DNA from: Fibrobacteria bacterium
Lineage (GTDB): Bacteria; Fibrobacterota; Fibrobacteria; UBA11236
NCBI GenBank assembly: GCA_043745805.1
Contig: JAYTSD010000040.1
Location: 1-64,000, forward strand
Direction: 5' to 3'
DNA length: 64,000 bases
The position numbers were made by a program, and so were the translations under genes. Every line of letters begins with the position of its first letter. Positions within the stretch are counted from its first letter, which is position 1. The notes below the pieces were generated by a model. It saw only the letters and a list, made by a program, of their open reading frames with translations. It had not been told where the DNA came from and did no database searches. Of the stretch, positions 20,510 through 28,850 are shown in pieces.

Positions 20510-20586
20510 GGGCCTGTAGCTCAGTTGGTTAGAGCATCGCTCTGATAAGGCGGGGGTCGGCAGTTCAACTCTGCCCGGGCCCACCA
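20510..20586 (+). tRNA. tRNA-Ile (GAU)
   Basis: Cloverleaf: acceptor GGGCCTG/CGGGCCC, D arm GCTC/GAGC, anticodon loop CTGATAA, T arm GGCAG-TTCAACT-CTGCC, discriminator A and encoded CCA. Confidence 0.96.
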
Positions 20587-20627
20587 GTTTTAACTTTAAG
20601 CCTTCGTTTCTTGAAGCGAATGTTTTT

Positions 20628-20703
20628 GGGGACTTAGCTCAGTTGGTAGAGCGCCTGCTTTGCAAGCAGGATGTCAGGAGTTCGACTCTCCTAGTCTCCA
20701 CCA
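20628..20703 (+). tRNA. tRNA-Ala (UGC)
   Basis: Acceptor GGGGACT/AGTCTCC with the G3:U70 Ala identity pair, anticodon arm CCTGC-TTTGCAA-GCAGG, T arm AGGAG-TTCGACT-CTCCT, encoded CCA. Confidence 0.97.
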
Positions 20704-20709
20704 CTTTTT

Positions 20710-20750
20710 AAAATCGCCTTTTCCGTACTCGGAAGAGGCGATTTTGTTTT
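20710..20750. terminator. Intrinsic (probably bidirectional) terminator between the tRNA pair and abiEii
   Basis: AAAATCGCCTTTTCCG-TACT-CGGAAGAGGCGATTTT hairpin followed by GTTTT. Confidence 0.85.
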
Positions 20751-20767
20751 ATAAATGATTTTAGATT

Positions 20768-21835
20768 TCACAATCCATTCGGCAATAAATTGATCTTTTT
20801 TTCTGCTTCGGTCAATTGGTTCATCACTTGTGCAAAAGTTGGTGGTTCGCGTAAAAACATAGGAAACATTTTTTCATAGTCCCTTGCTAGAGCTGCCATC
20901 CGGTTTGGGGGAGGAACAAATCGAAAACTTCCTTTGCGAGCAAGGTCGTAACGCGCCCACTGCCTTCCAAAAATTCGGCTTTTCCATTCCGCTACTCGAT
21001 CACATAAAATTTCATCTTGCAGAAAATTGGAACACCGTGGCGATTCCAACAAACAAGCCATATCCGCATAATGGCGAGCATATCTGTCAGGTAACATCAA
21101 TTCTTCTGGGCGATGATATTCGGCATGTAAAATAGTCGCCTTCTCCCAGAAACTTCGTGAAAGATCCAAAACTTTTACTTCACAATGCCAGTCGACAAAT
21201 AATTTTGGAAATTCATCCGCTACATAAGGCCGCACAGAGTATATGTCCACCGGTTGCTGATCGGTCAAAGAACCTAATTCCAATTTTACCGCTCGACGTA
21301 AATATTTAAATCCCTCCGGTTGAGTTGTGGGATATAGGAAATATATTACTGGCGAATGTGATGCTATATCATTTTCATATTCTAGCCATGTTTTGTTTGA
21401 ATGCGGCGAGTCCAATTCTTCGGTGATGGCTTTCTCCAATAATGGCAGCATTTGGTTTTTTGTAAAATCTGCACACAGATTTTGAATATTAACAAGCGCA
21501 GTGTCTCTTTTCGTGCGACTTGTTAACGCATCGAATACCGATTCATCAATTCCTAGCAGGCTGGGATTTATAGACAAATCAATATCTTCTGAAAATCGAT
21601 TGATTATACCGAAGACTTTGGATAGAGAGGTTCCACCTTTGAATACAAGTTGGTCTTTTAATGCTGGTAATTTGAATAGCAATCCGAGTAACCAACTTAC
21701 CCAAAAATCTTTTTCCAGCATAACCGCAGAGCTACTTAGTTTCGTGGCTGCTTCAGCAAATGCAGTAGAGCGATCTTCCTGGGAAAGTGCCAGAAATGTG
21801 AATTTCTTTTGTCGGTTTTCTTCTGGCAGAGTCAC
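20768..21835 (-). CDS. AbiEii/AbiGii-family nucleotidyltransferase toxin (type IV TA)
   Basis: LEKDFWV, LVFKGGTSLSK, INRFSEDIDL, KLELGS, RSFWEKATILH, RYARHYAD. GTG start overlaps the antitoxin TGA (GTGA). Confidence 0.92.
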   Translation of the reverse strand: MTLPEENRQKKFTFLALSQEDRSTAFAEAATKLSSSAVMLEKDFWVSWLLGLLFKLPALKDQLVFKGGTSLSKVFGIINRFSEDIDLSINPSLLGIDESVFDALTSRTKRDTALVNIQNLCADFTKNQMLPLLEKAITEELDSPHSNKTWLEYENDIASHSPVIYFLYPTTQPEGFKYLRRAVKLELGSLTDQQPVDIYSVRPYVADEFPKLFVDWHCEVKVLDLSRSFWEKATILHAEYHRPEELMLPDRYARHYADMACLLESPRCSNFLQDEILCDRVAEWKSRIFGRQWARYDLARKGSFRFVPPPNRMAALARDYEKMFPMFLREPPTFAQVMNQLTEAEKKINLLPNGL

Positions 21836-22443
21836 GGTTTCGCCAATTCATGAAAGTGTGTGTGCATCCAAACAGGGGCGAAGGTTAAGTCTTTTAATAG
21901 GCTACGGCGCTCGACAATAGGCAATAGCTTACGCATCCGAGCAATTCGTTCAGGAGTAATGTGTTGTTTCCCAAGTTCTCGGAAGGCTTGAATAACTAGG
22001 CCGCTGAGCCGACCCGCTACCGCCATGTTACGGGGGGTAGTACGTTTAAAGTTGATTTGCATTGGCCCCGCTTTGATCGAGCGTGATGCGCCGTCGGTAT
22101 AATAGATGACTTTGGCGGGCACTTGATCCGAAAGCCCCAATAGATTTGCCGCATATGCTCCAGCTGGTTGCAAGCGTAATCCATTCTTTCCTTGCAGAGC
22201 TTTGGTAACCGCCTCTATGGATGGCCAAAGTGCACCTAATACTGGATTGTGGCGAGGTAAATCGTATAGGCCTCTAGTCAATTGCCGAATTATGCCTGCT
22301 GCTTTGTAACGCTTTAATGCGGTGGCAACAGCTGTGCGAGAACCTAAGTCGATAAAATCAGCAGGTGTAAAAACCCAACCTGGTTTATGCGACTTAATTC
22401 GCTTTAAAACCAAGCTGTCCGTTGACTGTTTATGCTTACCCAT
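21832..22443 (-). CDS. DUF6088/AbiEi-type antitoxin, wHTH transcriptional regulator
   Basis: GWVFTPADFIDLGSRTAVATALKR...IRQLTRGLYDLP, GAYAANLLGLSDQVPAKVIYYTDG. Start taken as ATG 22443 rather than TTG 22452. Confidence 0.9.
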   Translation of the reverse strand: MGKHKQSTDSLVLKRIKSHKPGWVFTPADFIDLGSRTAVATALKRYKAAGIIRQLTRGLYDLPRHNPVLGALWPSIEAVTKALQGKNGLRLQPAGAYAANLLGLSDQVPAKVIYYTDGASRSIKAGPMQINFKRTTPRNMAVAGRLSGLVIQAFRELGKQHITPERIARMRKLLPIVERRSLLKDLTFAPVWMHTHFHELAKP

Positions 22444-22481
22444 TTGCCACAAAAAATACCATGTTTTTGTGGCAAAAACAA
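22443..22481 (-). promoter_or_regulatory. TA operon promoter overlapped by a perfect 13-bp inverted repeat (putative autorepression operator)
   Basis: TTTGCCACAAAAA (22443-55), 8 nt, TTTTTGTGGCAAA (22464-76). On the minus strand: TTGTTT-17-TATTTT with an extended TG, 9 nt before the ATG. Confidence 0.75.
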
Positions 22482-22626
22482 GAGGTTAATTTATCTAAAA
22501 ACATGCTTGAATGAAATCATTACACGATTAACTCCTGCAACTCTCCCAAGAAATTTATCCATTTTTAAAACCTGCACCTTGGATGAATCCTCGGATCAAT
22601 TTTTTAAAACGAGTCGCAAAAAAAAC

Positions 22627-23079
22627 TCACACACCAAATTGGCTTAAATGATGATCCACATGTTTATAAAACATATTGTTCCATTCGCCTTTGGTGAGCT
22701 TTCCAAATGAGTTGGACTCTTTTCCATCAAAATAAGCTTCCCCTAATTGTTGGGTTTTGTTGAAATAATCAATTAAACGTTTTTTTTCCGCGGCGAAATC
22801 TTTGGTTTCTTTAATGATAAAAACAGGTCCGGTTCGGATACTATGTTTGTAAGGCTTTTCACTCACTACGGCGTTTTTAACTAAAATTTTTAGTAATAAT
22901 TTTACTACTGCATTGGGTTTGGGGTGTTTGTCTTCAAAAACTAATTCATAGGATACGTTGCAATGTGCGAGCATTTGCCCCACTGCCATTGTTCCCCAAA
23001 GAGGTTTTGATTCGGAGTTTAATTTCTCGATACGTTGAATAGTTTCAGTGGTGGTACTTGCTTCGAAAATATTTTTCAT
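22627..23079 (-). CDS. DUF1569 / DinB-YfiT superfamily protein
   Basis: RIEKLNSESKPLWGTMAVGQMLAHC ... FGKLTKGEWNNMFYKHVDHHLSQFGV; His triad (one H plus HxxHH). Confidence 0.85.
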   Translation of the reverse strand: MKNIFEASTTTETIQRIEKLNSESKPLWGTMAVGQMLAHCNVSYELVFEDKHPKPNAVVKLLLKILVKNAVVSEKPYKHSIRTGPVFIIKETKDFAAEKKRLIDYFNKTQQLGEAYFDGKESNSFGKLTKGEWNNMFYKHVDHHLSQFGV

Positions 23080-23136
23080 GGATTTACCTTTCTGGTTTGG
23101 GGAAAAGGTAAATAATTTGTCAAGGTCCTTTTGGCA

Positions 23137-24966
23137 TTAATTATAATAAAATGGGGGATGAGCAAATTCCATTCGATCCGATTCAATATCCTTTCGGCAG
23201 GCAATGCGACGAACCTTTCCACTACTTGTTTTGGGCAAAGCAAACGGCTTTAAAAAATAAATAGCGCTCATTGGAATTTCATGTTGTTCAATTACAGCAC
23301 GACGAATGGAGCTGGCCAAGTTTTGCCAGCTAGGATCATTTTCAGGTTTTCGAATTTGTGATCGTTCAATCTCCGCAACCACCACAAGGTGCTCTTTGTC
23401 TCCTGTATCAAGAGCAAATGCAGCTGAGCTATTTTTACGGATTAAAGGATTGCTCATTTCCACTGTGAATTCGATGTCTTGAGGGTAATAATTACGTCCT
23501 CGAATTATAATGAGATCTTTGTGTCGACCCGTAACATATAATTGTTGTTGATGAAGAAAACCTAAATCCCCTGTGCGTAAATAAGGGCCGTGGCCTTCTG
23601 CGGTAAAGGCTTGAAAAACATTTTTGCTCTGTTCAATTGAAGCCCAATACCCTTTTGCGACGTGGGGTCCTTTGATCCAAATTTCACCGATTTGATTTTG
23701 GATGCCAGTCTGTAAGGATTCGGGGTTGACAATGCATATTCCTTCAGAGTCGAGAGCTCTTCCACTACTAACAAGTGCCTGTGATTCATGTGATGATTCA
23801 ATCGATAAATCATTTGCCATTATTTCGATTTTATTTTCTCGCAAGGCGGCTGCCGAAACTTTTAAAATAGACACCTCAGTTTGGGGAATGCCCCCAGTGG
23901 AAATTAGGGTAGTTTCCGCTAAACCATAACAGGGATAAAAGACTTGCGATTTAAATCCACATTGCGCAAAAGCCTCGCTAAAATTTTCAAGGGTATCCGC
24001 TCGTACAGGTTCGGCGCCATTAAAAGCAAGGGTCCATGAACTAAGATCAAGATTGTCCAGTAACTCTGGTGTTATGCTTTCTAGGCACAAATCATAGGCA
24101 AAATTGGGACCACCGCTAGTGGTGATTTTCCATTTAGAAATGGCTTGTAGCCAACGAATGGGACGCTGTAAAAAAATTAAAGCAGGCATAAGAAAGCAGG
24201 GAGTGCCTAAAAATAGAGGCTGCAATAGATTCCCTATTAAGCCCATGTCATGATACAATGGAAGCCAACCTAAAACGCGCGTATTGGCATTATGGTGAAA
24301 AAATTGTTGGGTCATCCATTCATTGTGAATAATATTTCCATGACTCACCATAACCCCTTTGGGCATTGACGTGGATCCCGAGGTATATTGCAAAAAGGCA
24401 ATGGTGTGGGTTGTAAGTTCAGGCAATTTCCAAATCTCGGACATGATAGCTGTAATGGTGGTATCAGTTTGAATCCAAGGTAACAAGGCTAAGCTTGGAT
24501 TTTGCGGCAATTGTCTTTCTACTAAGCTCCATACCGAATTACAGGTTAGGGCTAAAGCCGCCCCCGCGTTATCGACAATAGTTTGCAGGCGTTCTAATGA
24601 CCTGTTAGGCCGAGGAGGGTAGACTGGAACAGCAACTAGGCCGGCATAAAGACAGCCAAAAAATGCGCAAATAAATTCTAATCCGGGTGGATAAAGTAAC
24701 AGTACGCGTTCTCCTATCTTATAGAAAGGTTGCTGTTGTAAATGACCAGCTAAAGCGCGTGCATGGAAATCTAAGTCTTCATAAGTGAGGTAACCTTTAT
24801 ATTTCGGATCGCTAACGTCTTCGTCAAGTCCATCGGCCAACCAGCTAAAGGCTTTGGTTTTTGCTTGGTTTTTAGCACGTAACCTTAAAAGCTCCACCAA
24901 AGTTAAAGGGAGTTCCGACTTAGCAAAGGGAAATTCAGGAAACAAAATCAAGCTCCCCATCGGCAT
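23137..24966 (-). CDS. Fatty acyl-AMP ligase (FAAL), stand-alone, JamA/CayA-like
   Basis: LQYTSGSTSMPKGV, WLPLYHDMGLIG, SGGPNFAYDLC, NGAEPV, PCYGLAETTL, FAAL-specific insertion (VSAAALRENKIE...), LRTGDLG, GRNYYPQDIE, LPKTSSGKVRR. Confidence 0.92.
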   Translation of the reverse strand: MPMGSLILFPEFPFAKSELPLTLVELLRLRAKNQAKTKAFSWLADGLDEDVSDPKYKGYLTYEDLDFHARALAGHLQQQPFYKIGERVLLLYPPGLEFICAFFGCLYAGLVAVPVYPPRPNRSLERLQTIVDNAGAALALTCNSVWSLVERQLPQNPSLALLPWIQTDTTITAIMSEIWKLPELTTHTIAFLQYTSGSTSMPKGVMVSHGNIIHNEWMTQQFFHHNANTRVLGWLPLYHDMGLIGNLLQPLFLGTPCFLMPALIFLQRPIRWLQAISKWKITTSGGPNFAYDLCLESITPELLDNLDLSSWTLAFNGAEPVRADTLENFSEAFAQCGFKSQVFYPCYGLAETTLISTGGIPQTEVSILKVSAAALRENKIEIMANDLSIESSHESQALVSSGRALDSEGICIVNPESLQTGIQNQIGEIWIKGPHVAKGYWASIEQSKNVFQAFTAEGHGPYLRTGDLGFLHQQQLYVTGRHKDLIIIRGRNYYPQDIEFTVEMSNPLIRKNSSAAFALDTGDKEHLVVVAEIERSQIRKPENDPSWQNLASSIRRAVIEQHEIPMSAIYFLKPFALPKTSSGKVRRIACRKDIESDRMEFAHPPFYYN

Positions 24967-26008
24967 AGCTTATGTGTCGGAAGGCCGCATCCAGTCCGGC
25001 TTCTTTAGGAAGACTTTGTAAATTGTTGCTTGCCACTAATTGATGATCCAACTTGCGCAATAAAAATCCACAACGAGTTAAAAGGGTTCTCCATGGTGAA
25101 GGTATATCGGCAATTAAGCAATGTATAACCTGCACTTTATTTTTCGTAAACCAAGATTCTGCGGCTTGTAGTAGAGCTGAGCCTGTTCCATTATCATTAG
25201 GTTCCATGAGGAGGTCGACAACATAACCTCTTATTAATCCGCCTTTATTTCCAAAGCGAAGCACGGCATAACCCGTGAGTTTTTTTTCTCTATAGGCTAA
25301 AATTATTTTGTACTCCCTTTGTGGACAATGCACAAAACGCCATTGCAAATAACTCTGATCGCGTATGGTCATAAGAGCCATGCCTTGGCTAGGTGCTTGA
25401 GGATTTATTCCTTTGGCGACCACTGAATTCCACAAATCATCACAGGCTTTGGGGAAATCATCAGCTTCTTCTAAACGCACTCCTACTGTGGATGGCGAAA
25501 AAACTTTCAGCGTTCGGAGTAAAATGTTTATTACTCTGCTTACTACATTAATTCCTGGGAGTTTAGTTTTTTGAAGAAAAGATTGGCTATCCATAATTTT
25601 TGTGAGTGTAAGTGGTTTTTTCCAATCTAAACTATTCAAATATTCCCAAATAATAACCGAACTTTTATTAGGACTGCCTATTAATAGATACGGTTGATCA
25701 ATCATGGCCTTGGCTAAACGTAATCCGATGCCACGTTTTTTAGGGTGCACAAAGAAATTAGCGATACAATACATAGGGATTCTTTCCTCCTTCCAATAAG
25801 CAGCATTGGGAAACGACAATAGTAGACCTGTTAATTCATCGGCATGTTCAGTTATTAAAAAAGGAGGCTCCCCAAAACTTGAGGCCGGATTTTTTGCAAA
25901 AAACCATTCCCAGTTATTTTCCAGAGCTTGGCTAACTTCCACCCCTAAAAACTCATGTAACAGGGCAAGCACTTTTGGCTTATCTTGGGGTAAAAAATTC
26001 CGAATCAT
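24935..26008 (-). CDS. Tandem GNAT-fold acyltransferase
   Basis: N-terminal GNAT motif A (FFVHPKKRGIGLRL); C-terminal GNAT-like domain (RDQSYLQWRF..CP..Y, GYAVLR, YVVDLL, LTRCGF). Its 3' end overlaps the FAAL start. Confidence 0.75.
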   Translation of the reverse strand: MIRNFLPQDKPKVLALLHEFLGVEVSQALENNWEWFFAKNPASSFGEPPFLITEHADELTGLLLSFPNAAYWKEERIPMYCIANFFVHPKKRGIGLRLAKAMIDQPYLLIGSPNKSSVIIWEYLNSLDWKKPLTLTKIMDSQSFLQKTKLPGINVVSRVINILLRTLKVFSPSTVGVRLEEADDFPKACDDLWNSVVAKGINPQAPSQGMALMTIRDQSYLQWRFVHCPQREYKIILAYREKKLTGYAVLRFGNKGGLIRGYVVDLLMEPNDNGTGSALLQAAESWFTKNKVQVIHCLIADIPSPWRTLLTRCGFLLRKLDHQLVASNNLQSLPKEAGLDAAFRHISYADGELDFVS

Positions 26009-26087
26009 TAAGGCCTTTAATTTCCCGAGTTAGGGACAGTGTTTTTATCTTTATGTAATAAAATTATAGTGTAGTTAGAGGCCTCAA

Positions 26088-27524
26088 TTGAAAAATGAGA
26101 AAAGTGTAATAAGAATTAAAAAATTACGAAATCTTTTTTTTCTTGCCCCATTTTTATTAGGTAGTTGTCATTTTGCGACAAAGCCGCAAAGCAATCCCAC
26201 ACCTGTACCTCCGACAATTGAAAATTACGCTCCCATGCCTGAAGATAGTGTGATTTCTGGTTACCATGTTCGTTCTTATTTTAACGCAGGTGCAGGAAAG
26301 GAATGGAAAGTTGTCTATGGAGATGGACTTCTATTACAGGACAGTTTGCTACGCGATGATAGCATACAGTTTTTCACCGCGTCTTCCTCCATGCGTATGG
26401 TTGCTTCCGACTTAAAATCGACGGTTATTGAAAAAATTTTAACCACGCCTGAAAATGTTTGCGGTGATGTTTTTATGTCACTGAAATTGATGGCTGAGCA
26501 AAAAGAAAATTTATCCCACATACAGGTATTGTCCTTGAGTTTAATTGGTGGTAAAAATTATATAGATAGTGCGAATGGTGAATTTCAACATCAAATTCAA
26601 GACAGTTTATTGATTGCACCGGAACAATGGACGCGTATAAATATGGTGATTGGTACCTTTAAAAGGTCGCCCACTTTTGATTGTCATAAAGTGGAACGAG
26701 TCCGCATACGCTTTGCAGCAAAGCCAGGATTTCATGATACCTTAAGGTTCGGTGAATTGGCTTTTTACCCTTCACCTTTATCCAAAGCGGCATTAATTAT
26801 CACTGAAGATGATCAGTGGGCTAGTTTTGATACTAATGGAGTTCCGGCTCTACAGAAGTATGGATTTCCGGCCTCGATTTATGCCAATTGCGGACTTTTG
26901 GGTGCGTTTAATAAAATGACATTGGTTCGTTTGAAAACCCTGCAAGATAGTGGCGGATGGACTATTGCAAATCATTTGTGGTTGCATGATACTATCACCA
27001 CACTCTCCGATGATTCTGCCACCCGATCCATTCAGCATAACTCGGAATTTATGCAGGCCAATGGACTTAAGGGAGATAAATATTTTGCTTATCCATATGG
27101 AATTTATAATCGAGCCAAAGATGCAATCGTAAGGAAGAATTCAGAAAATGCTCGCTTAGTAACCGGTTGGTCAGAGGGTGAAGCCTTACCTTATTTTGAT
27201 AGGTATCATTTAAGAGTAGTTGGATTTCTAGAAAAAAAAGTAACCTTGGAAATGGCTAAAGTTGGAATTGATCGATTAGTCAGTAATAAAACTGCGGGGA
27301 TTTTGGGCGTGCATGAAATTATCTTAACTAAAACAGGCGATAGAAATGAATTGGACACACGTAAATGGTTTAAGAGTGATTGGGAAGCCTTAATCGATCA
27401 TATAAAAGCAAAGGTCGATCAAGGCGTTTTAAAACTATATACTCTTGATGATTATATGAAAGAAGTCAGAAATTACACTATTCAGCAACCAAGACCTGCT
27501 CGGGTAAAATCTTTAGTTCCCTAG
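26088..27524 (+). CDS. Lipoprotein polysaccharide deacetylase (CE4/NodB) with an N-terminal beta-sandwich-like domain
   Basis: Lipobox LLGSC; ITEDDQW, IANHLWLH, FAYPYG, LGVHEI. Its 3' end overlaps the convergent ACP gene by 47 nt. Confidence 0.8.
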   Translation: MKNEKSVIRIKKLRNLFFLAPFLLGSCHFATKPQSNPTPVPPTIENYAPMPEDSVISGYHVRSYFNAGAGKEWKVVYGDGLLLQDSLLRDDSIQFFTASSSMRMVASDLKSTVIEKILTTPENVCGDVFMSLKLMAEQKENLSHIQVLSLSLIGGKNYIDSANGEFQHQIQDSLLIAPEQWTRINMVIGTFKRSPTFDCHKVERVRIRFAAKPGFHDTLRFGELAFYPSPLSKAALIITEDDQWASFDTNGVPALQKYGFPASIYANCGLLGAFNKMTLVRLKTLQDSGGWTIANHLWLHDTITTLSDDSATRSIQHNSEFMQANGLKGDKYFAYPYGIYNRAKDAIVRKNSENARLVTGWSEGEALPYFDRYHLRVVGFLEKKVTLEMAKVGIDRLVSNKTAGILGVHEIILTKTGDRNELDTRKWFKSDWEALIDHIKAKVDQGVLKLYTLDDYMKEVRNYTIQQPRPARVKSLVP

Positions 27525-27813
27525 CGAGCTTTTCCGCTAATTCATTTACATTGGGGAATTCCCATAACAGAGTTGGTGGCAATTTAATTTTTAGCCAATC
27601 TTCCAGCTCACCTGAAAATCGCACAGCTTGCAAACTATCGAAGCCTAAATCAGAAAAGGCCTGTTCAGGATCAATTGCTTCTGGTGCAATGGAAAGATAT
27701 TGGGCAAGAGAAGTTTTTAGATGAGTTTGAATTTCTTCAAGGCCGGTGGGAAGGGGTGGAATTATTTTTTTTCCTTGAAAAATACCGGTTACGCTACGCA
27801 TTATGTTTTTCAT
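27478..27813 (-). CDS. Free-standing acyl carrier protein (JamC/CayD-like)
   Basis: IDPEQAFSDLGFDSLQAV (phosphopantetheine Ser) and SGELEDWLKIKLPPTLLWEFPNVNELA, a PKS-type ACP; SD AAGGGG. Confidence 0.92.
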   Translation of the reverse strand: MKNIMRSVTGIFQGKKIIPPLPTGLEEIQTHLKTSLAQYLSIAPEAIDPEQAFSDLGFDSLQAVRFSGELEDWLKIKLPPTLLWEFPNVNELAEKLARELKILPEQVLVAE

Positions 27814-27827
27814 ATTTCCCCTTTTTG

Positions 27828-28835
27828 TTATAATTCAACAATACCTTGTTGACCCCGAGCTTTTGCAATGAGGGCAGCGGAAGGTAACTTAACATTCCAA
27901 ACTAATTTAAATTTTTGCAATAAGTTAATGATATCTGCTGCGAAGTCTGGTTCCCACCACTGAATACGATGATGAGCCGAATTGGGAAAAGCATGATGAT
28001 TATTTTGTAACCCTTCACCAAAAGCAATGATGGCAACGGCATAATTATTACAGCTGCGATCTTGAGTAGCGGCAGCAAAAGGTCGGGTGCCATACATATG
28101 GCTTATGGAACCTACAAACCAAAGAGCATGATCGACTAAACAAATGCGTACTAAGCCTCCCCATAATAATCCATAAAAGGCGCCACTCCAGCTATGCTGT
28201 ACTATGGCACCAATACTGGTTGGTAAAGCTAAACCTAAAATGAGCCAGAGAAAATAAGTGCGATGCATGAGAAATAAAGCGCGATCTTTTATCAAGTCGG
28301 GAGCAAAATGCACCCAATTGGTAATTTCCTTAGAAAACATCCATTTGATGTGACCGTACCAAAAACCTTTCACTTCCCGTTTCCAGCCTTTTCCAGAATT
28401 TAAATTGGGAGAATGAGGATCGCCAGGACCATCACTGTGTCGATGATGTCGACGATGCACTGCTACCCACCAATAAAGAGGGCCTTGTCCAGCCATCGAA
28501 CCTAGAATAGCAAATACAACCCGCATAGGTCCGCTAGTTTTGAATGCGTTATGGGCAAAGTGTCGGTGAAAGCCCACATTGATGCCTAAAAGCGTCAGTG
28601 TGTAAAAGCTAAGAAGGAGTGACCCTTCAGTTACGGTAATGCCTCGAAAGAAAAGTGAAGAAATGGCATAGACTGTGGCAATAAAAGGAATGATGACAAT
28701 GGCACCTGCTGTTACTTTTATATTTCTTTCGGCAGCGGGGCTAGCCATGGTAACGGATTTAATACCCGAACTAAACTTAAACTCACGTTTTTTGGGGCTA
28801 TTCGAATTTTGCGTCGGCAAGGTTTCGGTTTGCAT
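27828..28835 (-). CDS. Membrane-bound acyl-ACP desaturase/acetylenase, JamB/TtuB-like
   Basis: His boxes HRHFAH, HRRHH, then QNNHH (27993-28007); also SDGPGDPHSPN, GSMAGQGP, LWGGLVR, LVWNVKLP. Confidence 0.85.
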   Translation of the reverse strand: MQTETLPTQNSNSPKKREFKFSSGIKSVTMASPAAERNIKVTAGAIVIIPFIATVYAISSLFFRGITVTEGSLLLSFYTLTLLGINVGFHRHFAHNAFKTSGPMRVVFAILGSMAGQGPLYWWVAVHRRHHRHSDGPGDPHSPNLNSGKGWKREVKGFWYGHIKWMFSKEITNWVHFAPDLIKDRALFLMHRTYFLWLILGLALPTSIGAIVQHSWSGAFYGLLWGGLVRICLVDHALWFVGSISHMYGTRPFAAATQDRSCNNYAVAIIAFGEGLQNNHHAFPNSAHHRIQWWEPDFAADIINLLQKFKLVWNVKLPSAALIAKARGQQGIVEL

Positions 28836-28850
28836 ATTCTTGAATCCTTG

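Noticed and set aside
20334-20519. 61-aa ORF upstream of tRNA-Ile
   Set aside because: It runs across the tRNA promoter and into the tRNA and has no coding features.
22444-22452. TTG start at 22452 for the antitoxin
   Set aside because: It lies inside the operator directly after the predicted -10 box; ATG 22443 is more plausible.
22538-22550. Possible attR copy of the tRNA-Ala 3' end (CAACTCTCCCAAG versus CGACTCTCCTAG)
   Set aside because: Only a 7-nt exact core (ACTCTCC), which is expected by chance.
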